Shown in pieces: positions 16,380-25,614 of a stretch of 64,000 bases of DNA. The stretch's first letter is position 1; each line of letters starts with the position of its first letter. The translations under genes and the position numbers were made by a program. The DNA comes from Clostridiales bacterium (GTDB taxonomy: Bacteria > Bacillota > Clostridia > Christensenellales > CAG-138). The stretch spans positions 8,520 through 72,519 of the forward strand of contig SFNQ01000014.1 in assembly GCA_004554165.1 (NCBI GenBank), written 5' to 3'. The notes beneath the pieces are model-generated. The model worked only from the letters and a program-made list of their open reading frames with translations, was not told the origin of the DNA and made no database searches.

Positions 16380-18263
16380 TTGAAAATACGCATTAAGAAA
16401 TCCACAGCGCGAAAATTTCAGCGCGCGGGCCGGCAGGCGAAGAAAGTCCTGCGCAGCGCGGCGAGAACCGCAGGCCGCGGCGCATATTACGGCGTGCGCA
16501 GCGTGAGCCGTTCGCTCATGCGCCTGCCGGTCAAAACGCTCTGGATCGGACTTGGATCGCTGTCCACGGTGCTGGTGCTTGTCATCATACTGGCGCTGGC
16601 CCTGCCCGGGCGCAAGCCGGTGGTTGCCAGCGCGGAGACCGCGTCCGCCGAGTACCCCGTCGCGGCCAACGTGTTCGAAACCCCGCTTGACGAACCCGCC
16701 GCGAATGAAGCCGGCGTTCCCCCCGTCTCCGACGGCCAGCAATCCGCTCCGGTCAGCTCTGGCGGCGAGGAGCAGCCCGGCGGCGCGGAGGCGGAAAACG
16801 CAGCAGCCCCGCAGGACAGTCCCGGCAATCCCGGCGGCGCGGAAGATGGCACGCTTGCGCTGACCGGCTTTACAGCGCTCTCCGACGGCGACGAAAACGA
16901 TTATGTGCCCGAAATCCAGGCCCGCCTGATGGAGCTGGGCTATATGGATTCCGACGAGCCCACCCGGCGCTACGGCAACATCACCAGGCACGCCATTGAA
17001 ACCTTCCAGGCGCACAACACGCTGGATTCGGACGGCGTTTGCGGCCTCACCACCTATACGCTGCTCATGTCCGATTCAGCAAAAGAATACGTCATGCAGC
17101 TGGGCGATTCGGGCGAAGCTGTAGAATCCGTGCAGCAGCGCCTTTACGAGCTCGGTTATATTACGAGCAAATCAAACGTCACCGGCACCTTCGGCGAAAA
17201 GACCCAGGCCGCTGTTATGGAGTTTCAGAAGAAGAACAAGCTCAGCGACGACGGCAAGGTGGGCGACAAAACGCTGGAAACCCTTTTCTCCGAGGACCCG
17301 GTTTCCAAGTGCTTCTCCGTGGGCGATAAGGACGAGGTCATCGCCACCGTCCAGAAACGCCTGAAGAAGCTGGGCTACTTCACCGGCAGCGCCTCCGGCG
17401 AATATACCCGGGCGACGGCCACCGCCATTAAGAAGTTCCAGTCCGTCAACGGCCTTGTGGTGGACGGTACGCTGGGACCCACCACGAAGGATGCCATCCT
17501 TTCCAGCGGCGCGCAGGCCAACGTGATCCAGCTGGGCGACAAGGGCAGCGACGTTGAGAAGATTCAGAAACGCCTCGCGGAGCTCAACTATATCCGCTCC
17601 GCAAACGCCACCGGCTACTTCGGCGAGATTACCCAGGAGGCCGTGATCGCTTTCCAGAAGCGCAACAGTCTCCATGCCGACGGCAAGGTGGGCACCGGTA
17701 CCTATGACTCGCTCTTCTCCAGCGGCGCGAAGAAGGCCAGTTCTTCCTCAAGCTCGTCCGGCAGTTCCTCCGGCTCCGGCTCGTCGTCGGGTTCCTCCGG
17801 TTCCTCCTCGTCGGGCAGCTCCTCCGGCTCCTCCTCTTCGGGCGGCTCCTCCGGCTCCTCCTCGTCGTCCAGCGGCAAGGGCGTGGAAAAGCTCATCGAA
17901 ATCGCGGAGAGCAAGCTGGGCTGCAAGTACGTCAGCGGCGCGAAGGGAGCCAGCACCTTTGACTGCTCCGGCTTTGTCTACTACTGTCTGCGCAACGCGG
18001 GCGTGAGCGTCAAGTACATGACCTCCATCGCCTGGCGCTCCACCGGCCAGTTCAAGAAGATCACGAGCCTGCGGGATTGCGTGCGCGGCGATATCCTCGT
18101 GTTCTCCGGCTCCTCCATGGCCAAGGGCCACGTGGGCATCTATCTGGGCAGCGGCAAGATGATCGACGCCAGCTCCTCCGCAGGCTGCGTCCGCGTCACG
18201 AGCACCGTGCTCTCCGGCAGCTACTGGCCCAGCCACTTCCTCATGGCGTACCGCGTCTTCTGA
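16380..18263 (+). CDS. secreted or membrane-anchored cell-wall hydrolase: four PG_binding_1 repeats, Ser/Gly linker, NlpC/P60 domain
   Basis: Repeated ..V..LQ.RL.ELGY.......G.FG..T..AV..FQ..N.L..DG..G..T modules, a 45-aa S/G run, and the NlpC/P60 catalytic text FDCSGFVYYCL...GHVGIYLG.GKMIDA. Start is uncertain (GTG 16347 in the ORF track); TTG 16380 sits 7 nt after ggagga. Confidence 0.85.
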   Translation: MKIRIKKSTARKFQRAGRQAKKVLRSAARTAGRGAYYGVRSVSRSLMRLPVKTLWIGLGSLSTVLVLVIILALALPGRKPVVASAETASAEYPVAANVFETPLDEPAANEAGVPPVSDGQQSAPVSSGGEEQPGGAEAENAAAPQDSPGNPGGAEDGTLALTGFTALSDGDENDYVPEIQARLMELGYMDSDEPTRRYGNITRHAIETFQAHNTLDSDGVCGLTTYTLLMSDSAKEYVMQLGDSGEAVESVQQRLYELGYITSKSNVTGTFGEKTQAAVMEFQKKNKLSDDGKVGDKTLETLFSEDPVSKCFSVGDKDEVIATVQKRLKKLGYFTGSASGEYTRATATAIKKFQSVNGLVVDGTLGPTTKDAILSSGAQANVIQLGDKGSDVEKIQKRLAELNYIRSANATGYFGEITQEAVIAFQKRNSLHADGKVGTGTYDSLFSSGAKKASSSSSSSGSSSGSGSSSGSSGSSSSGSSSGSSSSGGSSGSSSSSSGKGVEKLIEIAESKLGCKYVSGAKGASTFDCSGFVYYCLRNAGVSVKYMTSIAWRSTGQFKKITSLRDCVRGDILVFSGSSMAKGHVGIYLGSGKMIDASSSAGCVRVTSTVLSGSYWPSHFLMAYRVF

Positions 18264-18287
18264 TTTCGGGCGCTCTCCGGTATGATC

Positions 18288-18330
18288 GCGCGGAGAACCT
18301 GCAAAAAACGGTTCTCCGCGCTTTCTCGTT
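18288..18330 (+). terminator. rho-independent terminator after the NlpC/P60 gene
   Basis: Perfect 12-bp stem gcgcggagaacc / ggttctccgcgc, followed by tttctcgtt. Confidence 0.8.
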
Positions 18331-18350
18331 GCCGCTCCCCGGTCTTTTTT

Positions 18351-18381
18351 GTTGACATACCCCTCGTCCCTTGGCGTATAC
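18351..18381 (+). promoter_or_regulatory. candidate promoter for the L,D-transpeptidase gene
   Basis: TTGACA (18351-18356) and TATACT (18376-18381), but the 19-nt spacer is long. Confidence 0.4.
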
Positions 18382-18587
18382 TATAGGTACCCTCGGCATA
18401 CAGGGGGCAGTGCGGCTGCGGAGAAAGCGGACGCAGGGCTGTTACCTGTTACCTTTCGCCGGTGCCGAAGTATCCCCGCGTTTGGAAGCGGAGCAGGCGC
18501 GCCGCCTTTTCCCGGAGGTCCGTACCCCCCCCCGCCGGACGCCGCGAGGGCGCCGCAGTCCCAAGAATTTCTGTTCGGAGGAACCCG

Positions 18588-19763
18588 ATGAAAAAATGCC
18601 TTTCTCTTCTGCTTGCGCTGCTGTTTGTTTCCGCGGCGCTGGCGCTCCCCCGCAGCGCGCAGGCAAAGGACGAGCTCAAGAACACCGATCCCGACAAATA
18701 CTACATCGTGCTCGACCTCAACAATCAGATCATTACGGTCTATGAAAAGGATGCGGCCGGCGAGTACACCCGCGTTGTACGCCGCTTCATCTGCTCCACC
18801 GGCCGCGACAAGCCCAGCGAGGGCTCGGCCATAGACGACAGCACGCCCACGCCCACCGGCATCTGGAAAATCGGCGGGCGGGAGCGCTTTGGCAAGTTCG
18901 CAAACTTTTCCGAGTACGCCCGCTACTGGACCCAGCTTGTGGAGGACATCTATTTCCACTCCATCATGTTCAGCAAGCGGGATTTGACCGCCATCAAGAG
19001 CGGCCCCTACGGCTCTCTGGGCGGCAGCGTTTCCCACGGCTGCGTCCGCCTGCTGGTGGAGGACGCCAAATGGCTCTACTACTATGCCTGCCCCGGTACC
19101 ACCGTGGAGGTGACAAAGTCCCTGCCGACGGACCGGTCGCTGAAGGCCGCGCTGCGCAACCAGCGCAATGAAACAAAGTTTAAGGATTATAAGGCGCTGC
19201 AGGAAAACTTCTACGACAACGAAGAGCTCCCCAACGATAAGGCCTATGTTACCCACGAGAGCGCGGTTCTGCGCAAGGAAAGCAAAACCTCCGCCAAGGC
19301 CATCCACAGCCTGACGCTGGGCGAGGAGCTGGAAATCCTGCTCTACAACGACGCCTGGGTCAAGGTGCGCGACGGGGATGGCAAGGAGGGGTATGTCTAC
19401 CGCGGCTTCATCAGCCTGACGCAGGGGCAGACCGACACCCGCGCGGACGCAAACGTCATCAAATCCACCACCTGGATGTACAGCGGGAAGAACGCCGCGG
19501 TGGAAAACCGTATCTGCAAGGTGCCCACCGACACCCCTGTGCGGGTGAGCGAAATCGACGAATCTGCGGGCTTTGCAAAGATTACCTATTATACGGAAAC
19601 CGGCTATATTCAGACGAAGTATCTCAAGACCGCCTACGGCATCGACCTTGGCGACGGGAACGCGCCGGTTATCACGCCCTCGCCGAAGCCCACAAAAACG
19701 CCGGACGAAACCGCTACGCCGGAGCCCTCGGCAAGCGCAACGCCGGCCCCCGCCGCGGGCTGA
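18588..19763 (+). CDS. secreted L,D-transpeptidase (YkuD domain) with C-terminal SH3b-like repeats
   Basis: Signal peptide MKKCLSLLLALLFVSAALALPRSAQA, the YkuD catalytic motif SHGCVRL, two SH3b-like segments (..WVKVRDGDGKEGYVYRGFI.., ..FAKITYYTETGYIQTKYL) and a P/T-rich tail. RBS ggagga lies before ATG 18588. Confidence 0.85.
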   Translation: MKKCLSLLLALLFVSAALALPRSAQAKDELKNTDPDKYYIVLDLNNQIITVYEKDAAGEYTRVVRRFICSTGRDKPSEGSAIDDSTPTPTGIWKIGGRERFGKFANFSEYARYWTQLVEDIYFHSIMFSKRDLTAIKSGPYGSLGGSVSHGCVRLLVEDAKWLYYYACPGTTVEVTKSLPTDRSLKAALRNQRNETKFKDYKALQENFYDNEELPNDKAYVTHESAVLRKESKTSAKAIHSLTLGEELEILLYNDAWVKVRDGDGKEGYVYRGFISLTQGQTDTRADANVIKSTTWMYSGKNAAVENRICKVPTDTPVRVSEIDESAGFAKITYYTETGYIQTKYLKTAYGIDLGDGNAPVITPSPKPTKTPDETATPEPSASATPAPAAG

Positions 19764-19811
19764 GAGTCCCCGTTCCGCCGCTTGCCGGAGAAAAACCCCG
19801 GAAACAATTGC

Positions 19812-19840
19812 AGCCCCGGAGCAATCCTGCTCCGGGGCCG
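19812..19840. terminator. hairpin between convergent genes
   Basis: 9-bp stem ccccggagc / gctccgggg. No clear U-tract on either strand. Confidence 0.4.
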
Positions 19841-19858
19841 TTGCGTTGACAGCGGCGG

Positions 19859-20566
19859 CTATTCGTGGAATTGATAGACGTTGGGCACGCTCTCCCTGCC
19901 AAACGTTTGAATTGCCATACGATACATGGCTTTTGCGTGAATCCTGTCGTGCCAGAGAAAGCGCCGCAGAACCTTTCTCAGCGTCCATTCCTCGCCATAA
20001 CTGCCGGAATATACCCGGTTGGCCAAAAAATCCTCGTGCTGTTCCAGGCTTTCAAAGCCACGGCTTCTGGATGCAAAAATCGTGCCGTCGCAATCGGCAG
20101 CAACGCCGATCTCTCCGAAATAATAGCTGTTGACGTTTTTTGTATGGGTATACATTTCCTCTGCGGTGCGGGGGCGCTTCCCATAAAAGGTTTCCCTTTC
20201 GGCAAGACAGCTTTCCCCCTTGTCCGGAATTGCTTCATACAGCGCCAGAAAATCCCTTGCCGAGCGTAGGGCCAGTTTCTTCAGGCCGTAATACTCGGCC
20301 GCGTCCAGCGGCGCCTTTTCCGTCTCGAACAGCACGTCCGAATCCGCATCGCAAACCGCCAGTCCGGAGGACTTTTCCTGAACAATCACAATTTCGCAGG
20401 AGGTCTGGACGGACTCGCCCCTCCAGCGCAGATAGGACCGGACCTCCCCTTCCATTTTGCGCAGGGCAATTACTCTGCTTTCCCCTCTTGTAAACGCGCC
20501 GATCAGATTCTCGGCATAGAGGAGGCTGTCCTCCCCGTTGTGCTCCCAAACGCAGGCAATCCTCAT
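19859..20566 (-). CDS. hypothetical protein with a DinB-like C-terminal helix motif
   Basis: Clean ORF with RBS ggtggagag. The C-terminal WTLRKVLRRFLWHDRIHAKAM resembles the DinB/YfiT-superfamily His motif. No confident family assignment. Confidence 0.5.
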   Translation of the reverse strand: MRIACVWEHNGEDSLLYAENLIGAFTRGESRVIALRKMEGEVRSYLRWRGESVQTSCEIVIVQEKSSGLAVCDADSDVLFETEKAPLDAAEYYGLKKLALRSARDFLALYEAIPDKGESCLAERETFYGKRPRTAEEMYTHTKNVNSYYFGEIGVAADCDGTIFASRSRGFESLEQHEDFLANRVYSGSYGEEWTLRKVLRRFLWHDRIHAKAMYRMAIQTFGRESVPNVYQFHE

Positions 20567-20871
20567 GTCTCTCCACCCCTGTCCGCTCTGGGGCGGCCTC
20601 CTCAGGCTTTCGCCCCCCGGGCGGGCCGGTCTCTCCCAACAGAAAAGCGGGCTGGCCGCAGTCCTTGCAATCCGTCGCCCGCATTTCGGCCAATCACAAC
20701 GAATCTTTCTCCAGAAGCTCCGGCCTCGTCTGCCTGCGCATCAGAGCGCTCTGCTCCCCGGCGTTCCTGCTTTCGGAGTCCTTTCTTCGGAAGCGGGCAG
20801 GCCCGCAGGGACAAACCCCACATCCCCGGCGGAATATGGTGCTCGCCTCCGGACCGGCGGATGTCTCCCGT

Positions 20872-21804
20872 TCAGTCCGCCCCTTCGCCGCCGTCCAGCA
20901 GCAGGTCTTCCGGCGTTTTCCCGGCCAAAATCTCGCCAAGAGCGGCAACGCAGGCCTGCGCCGCGGCTTCGTCGTCCACGGACGCCCCGGAGGGCAGAAT
21001 CCCCGGATGCTCCGCAGCAAGCCCGGCAAGCGCAGCGTCGCTGCCAACGGTGAAAATCTCAAAATCGTCCCGCTCCTGCGCGATCATTGCGGCGGCAAGC
21101 TCCGCCGCCTGCGCCGGGCTTTCCACAAAGGCCGCGTCCACCATGCCGGGATAGAACTCCTCCAGCCGTTCCGCAATCCAGGCGGCAAGCGTCCCCTTGC
21201 CCGGAGCAAAAACGCCCTTGTTCAGTATGCGGCCCCCGTCCACCGCCGCGGTCCAGGCGGCATACGCCGCGCCGTCCGTGCGTTCAAATACGCCGAACAT
21301 GCGCACGGGCGTATCATGAGGCGGGTAGGCAATGGCAGCCTCCAGCGCCGCCTCCGCAGTCGCGGGCGCAGCGACCTTCCAGCCGATTTCCGTCACCGCG
21401 TCCGGCAGCTCCGCGCCCGTGCGATTGTAGGCCAGCACGGGAATGCCCCGCTCCAGCAGCGCGGCAATCTGCGCCGTATCCTCCGGCGGCGCGGCAAGGT
21501 ACAGCACTGCAAGATCCACCTCCGCCATTCCCGAAAGCTCCTGCAGCGAGGTTTCCATCAGGTCTATGCCGGCGACGCTGTCAAGGGCCGCCCGGAAGGC
21601 CTCGTCCGCGCCGTCCATCACGCAGGCCACCAGCGGCGGCAGCGGCGGCTCCGTGGGTTCGGGCGCGGCGGAGGGCGCTGCGGTTGCAGCCGTATTCTCC
21701 GGCGGAATGTAAATATCCTGCCGCGCAATCATATAGGCCGCGCAGAGCGCTACGATCAGTGTAACAACAAAAATGACCAGTGCAATCCATTTTTTCGTGC
21801 TCAT
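20872..21804 (-). CDS. membrane-anchored hypothetical protein with a periplasmic-binding-protein-like (LacI/RbsB-fold) ectodomain
   Basis: MSTKKWIALVIFVVTLIVALCAAYMI anchor and a P/A/T linker, then alternating beta-alpha text (VACVMDG...DLAVLYLAAP...GIPVLAYNRTG...). Start ATG 21804 lies 7 nt after an extended -10 element. Confidence 0.5.
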   Translation of the reverse strand: MSTKKWIALVIFVVTLIVALCAAYMIARQDIYIPPENTAATAAPSAAPEPTEPPLPPLVACVMDGADEAFRAALDSVAGIDLMETSLQELSGMAEVDLAVLYLAAPPEDTAQIAALLERGIPVLAYNRTGAELPDAVTEIGWKVAAPATAEAALEAAIAYPPHDTPVRMFGVFERTDGAAYAAWTAAVDGGRILNKGVFAPGKGTLAAWIAERLEEFYPGMVDAAFVESPAQAAELAAAMIAQERDDFEIFTVGSDAALAGLAAEHPGILPSGASVDDEAAAQACVAALGEILAGKTPEDLLLDGGEGAD

Positions 21805-21810
21805 AAAAGT

Positions 21811-21819
21811 ATTATACCA
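21811..21819 (-). promoter_or_regulatory. extended -10 element (TGgTATAAT) giving a probable leaderless transcript
   Basis: Minus strand reads ctgTGgTATAATactttt ATG. The hexamer ends 6 nt before the A of ATG 21804. Confidence 0.5.
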
Positions 21820-22265
21820 CAGCTCCTCCATGGAGTGTTATACGAGATTTGTCCTTTCCGGGCAGGAGAAGCGGCGCGCCCCCTCTTCTCCGGCGCGATA
21901 AGCAAGGCCCGCTGCCTCCGGGCCGCCGGTTCCGAAGCCGCAGGTGGCTTTGGCGGCATACGTTCCCCCGCGTCTGCCGGAGCCGCTCTCTCCCCGCAGG
22001 CAGCCTCTGCCGCTTCCGGCGAACGCCTCCCGCAGAGTCAGCTTTCCTGCACGCGCCGTCTGCAAAACTGCCTTTTCCCAGGCCGCGATTCCTGAGGTTT
22101 TTCCGTGCCGGCCGCATATGCGCCGGAAGGGATCGCCTGTTTCCGGCCGGCTTTCCCCGCCTTTCGACGCCAGGAAGCGTTTGGAAGCTCTTTTCCCTCC
22201 TGCATACCGAAAAAAGTTGATTGACAGCCAAACGCCCGCCGTTGCCGGCGGACGTTGTGATGCTG

Positions 22266-23536
22266 TTATGCGCTCTGGCGCGGTTTTTTCGCCGCCTTGG
22301 GCTTTTCGCTCTTGGCGGGCTTCTCCTTTTTGGGCCGGGGCTCCGCGCCTTCGCTGAGTTCGGGCGGCGAAACCTTCTCGATGGCGTCCTTTGTGATGCG
22401 GCATGCCGTAATGTTCTCCTTCGAGGGGATATCGAACATCACGTCCAGCATCACGTCCTCCAGTATGGCCCGCAGGCCGCGGGCGCCGGTCTTGCGCTCG
22501 ATGGCCTTTTTGGCTACGGCGCGCAGGGCCTCCTCATCGAAGGTAAGCTCCACGCCGTCCATTTCGAACAGGCGCCTGTACTGGCGGGTCAGGGCGTTCT
22601 TCGGCTCGGTGAGAATGCGCACGAGCGCGTCCTCGTCCAGATTTTCCAGCGTGACGATCACCGGCATGCGGCCCACAAACTCCGGGATCAGGCCATACTT
22701 GAGCAGGTCCTCGGGGAGAATGTTCTTGAGCGTCTGGCCGATGTCCTTTTCCACGTTGGACTGAACGTCCGCGCCAAAGCCCATGAGCTTTTGGCCGATG
22801 CGCTTTTCGATGATCTTGTCGATCCCGGAAAAAGCGCCGCCGCAGATGAACAGGATGTTGGTCGTGTCAATCTGGATGAACTCCTGGTGCGGGTGCTTTC
22901 TGCCGCCCTGCGGAGGCACGGAGGCCACGGTACCCTCCAGAATCTTGAGCAGCGCCTGCTGTACGCCCTCGCCGGACACGTCGCGGGTGATGGAGACGTT
23001 CTCGCTCTTTCTGGCGATCTTATCCACCTCGTCGATATAGATGATGCCCTTTTCCGCCTTCTGCACGTCGTAGTCCGCGGCCTGAATGAGCTTGAGCAGA
23101 ATGTTCTCCACGTCCTCGCCCACATAGCCCGCTTCGGTGAGGCTTGTGGCGTCCGCCACGGCAAAGGGTACGTTCAGTATTTTTGCCAGCGTCTGCGCCA
23201 GCATCGTCTTGCCGCAGCCCGTTGGCCCCAGCATGATGATGTTGCTCTTTTGCAGTTCAACGTCGTCCTTCTGGTCGCCCGCATTGATCCGCGCTTTGCG
23301 GCCTGCTGCCCGATGACGTATTCGTTCAGTGTATCGAGAATCTCCTGGGGCTTTGGCACGTCCTGAAGATCGACGGCTTCGGCCTCGTTGTCCTCCTCGA
23401 TGATCTCATGGCAGAGCTCGACGCACTCGTTGCAGATGTAAACGCCGGGGCCCGCGATGATGCGCTGTACCTCCTCCTGAGTCTTGCCGCAGAAGGTGCA
23501 GCGGATGTTCAGCTTGTCGTCATTCTTCGTTGCCAT
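22266..23536 (-). pseudogene. clpX: ClpX ATP-dependent protease ATPase subunit, interrupted (frame change plus missing conserved segment)
   Basis: The 5' ORF has the Zn-finger CTFCGK...CNEC and runs to [12 protein letters not shown]. The AAA+ body resumes in another frame at [36 protein letters not shown]... The segment (x)ALxVAVYNHYK, present between these in E. coli and B. subtilis ClpX, is absent. Confidence 0.8.
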
Positions 23537-23585
23537 TTTGTTCTCTTTTCTTTCTGTTGGTCTGCCGGATTGCGCCGCAGGCTGC

Positions 23586-24170
23586 TCAGCGCCGCGCCGG
23601 GATGATCTCATCCACGAGGCCGTAGGCCTTCGCCTGCTCGGCCGTCATGAAATTGTCGCGCTCGGTGTCGGCTGCAACCTTGTCAAGCGGCTGTCCCGTG
23701 CGCTCGGCGAGAATCTCGTTCAGGCGCTTTTTGATGCGCAGGATCTGCTCCACCTGAATGTTCATGTCGGTCGCCTGACCGCGCGCGCCGCCGCTGGGCT
23801 GATGGATCATGATCTCCGCGTTGGGCAGCGCCCTGCGCTTGCCCTTTGCGCCCGCAGCCAGCAGGAACGCGCCCATGGAAGCGGCCAGCCCCACGCAGAT
23901 GGTCGATACCTCGCATTTAATGTACTGCATGGTATCGTAAATGGCAAGACCCGCGCTGACAGAGCCGCCGGGACTGTTGATGTAGAGGAAGATATCCCTG
24001 TCGGGATCGTCCGCCTCCAGAAACAGCATCTGCGCCACAATGATGTTGGCCGTATCGTCGTCCACCTCGCCGCCCAGAAAGATGATGCGATCCTTGAGCA
24101 GGCGGGAATAGATATCATAGGAGCGTTCGCCAAGGTTGGTCTGCTCCACGACCATGGGGACCAGATTCAT
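23586..24170 (-). CDS. clpP: ATP-dependent Clp protease proteolytic subunit
   Basis: [39 protein letters not shown] and [17 protein letters not shown] motifs. RBS aaaggag. Confidence 0.97.
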   Translation of the reverse strand: MNLVPMVVEQTNLGERSYDIYSRLLKDRIIFLGGEVDDDTANIIVAQMLFLEADDPDRDIFLYINSPGGSVSAGLAIYDTMQYIKCEVSTICVGLAASMGAFLLAAGAKGKRRALPNAEIMIHQPSGGARGQATDMNIQVEQILRIKKRLNEILAERTGQPLDKVAADTERDNFMTAEQAKAYGLVDEIIPARR

Positions 24171-24182
24171 GCAGGTTCTCCT

Positions 24183-25502
24183 TTATTCCTCGGTTTTTTC
24201 GGGTTCCGGCTTTTTCTTCTCCGGCACCAGCTGCACGGAGGAGACGATCAGCTCCACGGTCTTTTCCGCAACCTTGCGGTCGGTGAGATACTCGCGGTCG
24301 TCGTCGCTGATCTGCTTTTTGAAGTCCTCTGCCGGCATGCCGCTGTTTTCGGCGTATTCGGCGATCACGGCCTCCAGCTCCTCGTCCGAGCAGGAAACAT
24401 TCTCCGCCTTGCCCACAGCCTCGATCACAAGCTGCATCTTCACGCGGCCCTTCGCTTCCTCGCGGTAGCTTTCCTTGAGCGCGTTGAGATCCGTGCCCAC
24501 ATATTTGCAGTAATCCTCCAGCGTAATGCCGCTCATCTGCAGGCGGTAGCCCATGTCCCGCAGCATGTAGTTGGCCTGCCGCTCGATCATGCACTCGGGA
24601 ATCTCAACCTCCGCCCCGTCGCACACGGCCTTGATGGCCAGATTCTCGATGGCGGTCTTTTCGTTCTTTGCCGCCTGCTCCTCCATGGCTCTGCGCTTGT
24701 CGGCGATGAGCTCGGCCAGCGTATCAAACTCGGAGACATCCTTTGCAAACTCGTCGTCCAGCGCGGGCAGCTCCTTGACCTGTACGCCGTGGAGCTTCAC
24801 GGCAAAGACCGCGTCCTTGCCGGCCAGGTTTTCCGCATGGTACTCGGCCGGGAAGGTCACCTGAATGTCGCGCTCCTCGCCCACGGTCATGCCCACGAGC
24901 TGCTCTTCAAAGCCGGGGATGAAGGTGTTGGAGCCGATGACGAGGGTCTGCTCGGTGGCTGTGCCGCCGTCAAACCGGACGCCGTCCACGCTGCCGCTGT
25001 AATCGATGATGACGCGGTCGCCGTTCTCCACAGGGCGCTCGACATCCACAAAGCGCGCGTTCTTTTCGCGCTCCTGCTCGATGACGGCGTCAACGTCCGC
25101 ATCCTCCACAGTATACGTTGGCTTTTCAACTTCTATACCCTTGTAGGCGCCGAGCTTCACCTCGGGCTTGAGCTGCACCTCGGCGGTAAAGACCAGGCCC
25201 TCTTCCCGGCTGATCTTTTCGATATCGATGGAGGGCTTGTCCACGGCGATGAAGCCGTTCTCCTCCAGCGCCTCGTCGTAGGCCTCGCCCCAGCAGAGCT
25301 CGAAGGCGTCCTCGTAAAACACACCCTCGCCGTACATGCTCTCGATGACCTTGCGGGGCGCCTTGCCCTTGCGGAAGCCTGCGATGTTGTAATGCCTGCC
25401 GTTTTTGACGTAGGCCTGCTGCAACGCTGCGCCAAAGGTATCCGCGTCCACCTCGATGGTCAGTTTGACCCTGTCATGCTCCAGTTTCTCGATGCTTGCC
25501 AT
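24183..25502 (-). CDS. tig: trigger factor
   Basis: N-terminal ribosome-binding text GFRKGKAPRKVIE, a central FKBP-type PPIase region and a C-terminal arm. Order tig-clpP-clpX is conserved. Confidence 0.95.
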   Translation of the reverse strand: MASIEKLEHDRVKLTIEVDADTFGAALQQAYVKNGRHYNIAGFRKGKAPRKVIESMYGEGVFYEDAFELCWGEAYDEALEENGFIAVDKPSIDIEKISREEGLVFTAEVQLKPEVKLGAYKGIEVEKPTYTVEDADVDAVIEQEREKNARFVDVERPVENGDRVIIDYSGSVDGVRFDGGTATEQTLVIGSNTFIPGFEEQLVGMTVGEERDIQVTFPAEYHAENLAGKDAVFAVKLHGVQVKELPALDDEFAKDVSEFDTLAELIADKRRAMEEQAAKNEKTAIENLAIKAVCDGAEVEIPECMIERQANYMLRDMGYRLQMSGITLEDYCKYVGTDLNALKESYREEAKGRVKMQLVIEAVGKAENVSCSDEELEAVIAEYAENSGMPAEDFKKQISDDDREYLTDRKVAEKTVELIVSSVQLVPEKKKPEPEKTEE

Positions 25503-25557
25503 GTTTCCTCCAAATACTCATCTATAGTCGGTTTGCATAATAACCCAGTATCGAGTT

Positions 25558-25586
25558 ATCATACCACAGCTTTCCGCGCTTGACAA
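25558..25586 (-). promoter_or_regulatory. tig promoter (minus strand)
   Basis: Minus strand reads TTGTCA, 17 nt, TATGAT, with TGg immediately upstream of the -10 (extended -10). Confidence 0.6.
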
Positions 25587-25608
25587 CACCTTTCCTTATC
25601 GATATAAT
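25580..25608 (+). promoter_or_regulatory. thrS promoter
   Basis: Perfect consensus: TTGACA (25580-25585), 17-nt spacer, TATAAT (25603-25608). Confidence 0.8.
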
Positions 25609-25614
25609 GATTTT

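Noticed and set aside
17735-17880. Tandem short DNA repeats (tcc/ggc/agc units), which could suggest a VNTR or an array.
   Set aside because: The repeats lie in-frame within the NlpC/P60 protein as a Ser/Gly linker (SSSSSSGSSSGSGSSSGSSGSSSS...), with no spacer-repeat organisation. The antisense ORF rich in E and P (17702-17956) is its mirror image. Length polymorphism is possible but unremarkable.
23484-25583. 699-aa plus-strand ORF antisense to clpP and tig. Similar long antisense ORFs occur at 25868-27595, 18381-19988, 33209-34399, 56833-59016, 58838-60244, 60241-61365 and 61145-63217.
   Set aside because: All lie opposite genes with unambiguous conserved motifs (ClpP, Tig, ThrS, Ldt, FadD, GlgA/D/C/B). 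They have a low-complexity, H/R/A/G/L-rich composition and no RBS or promoter context.
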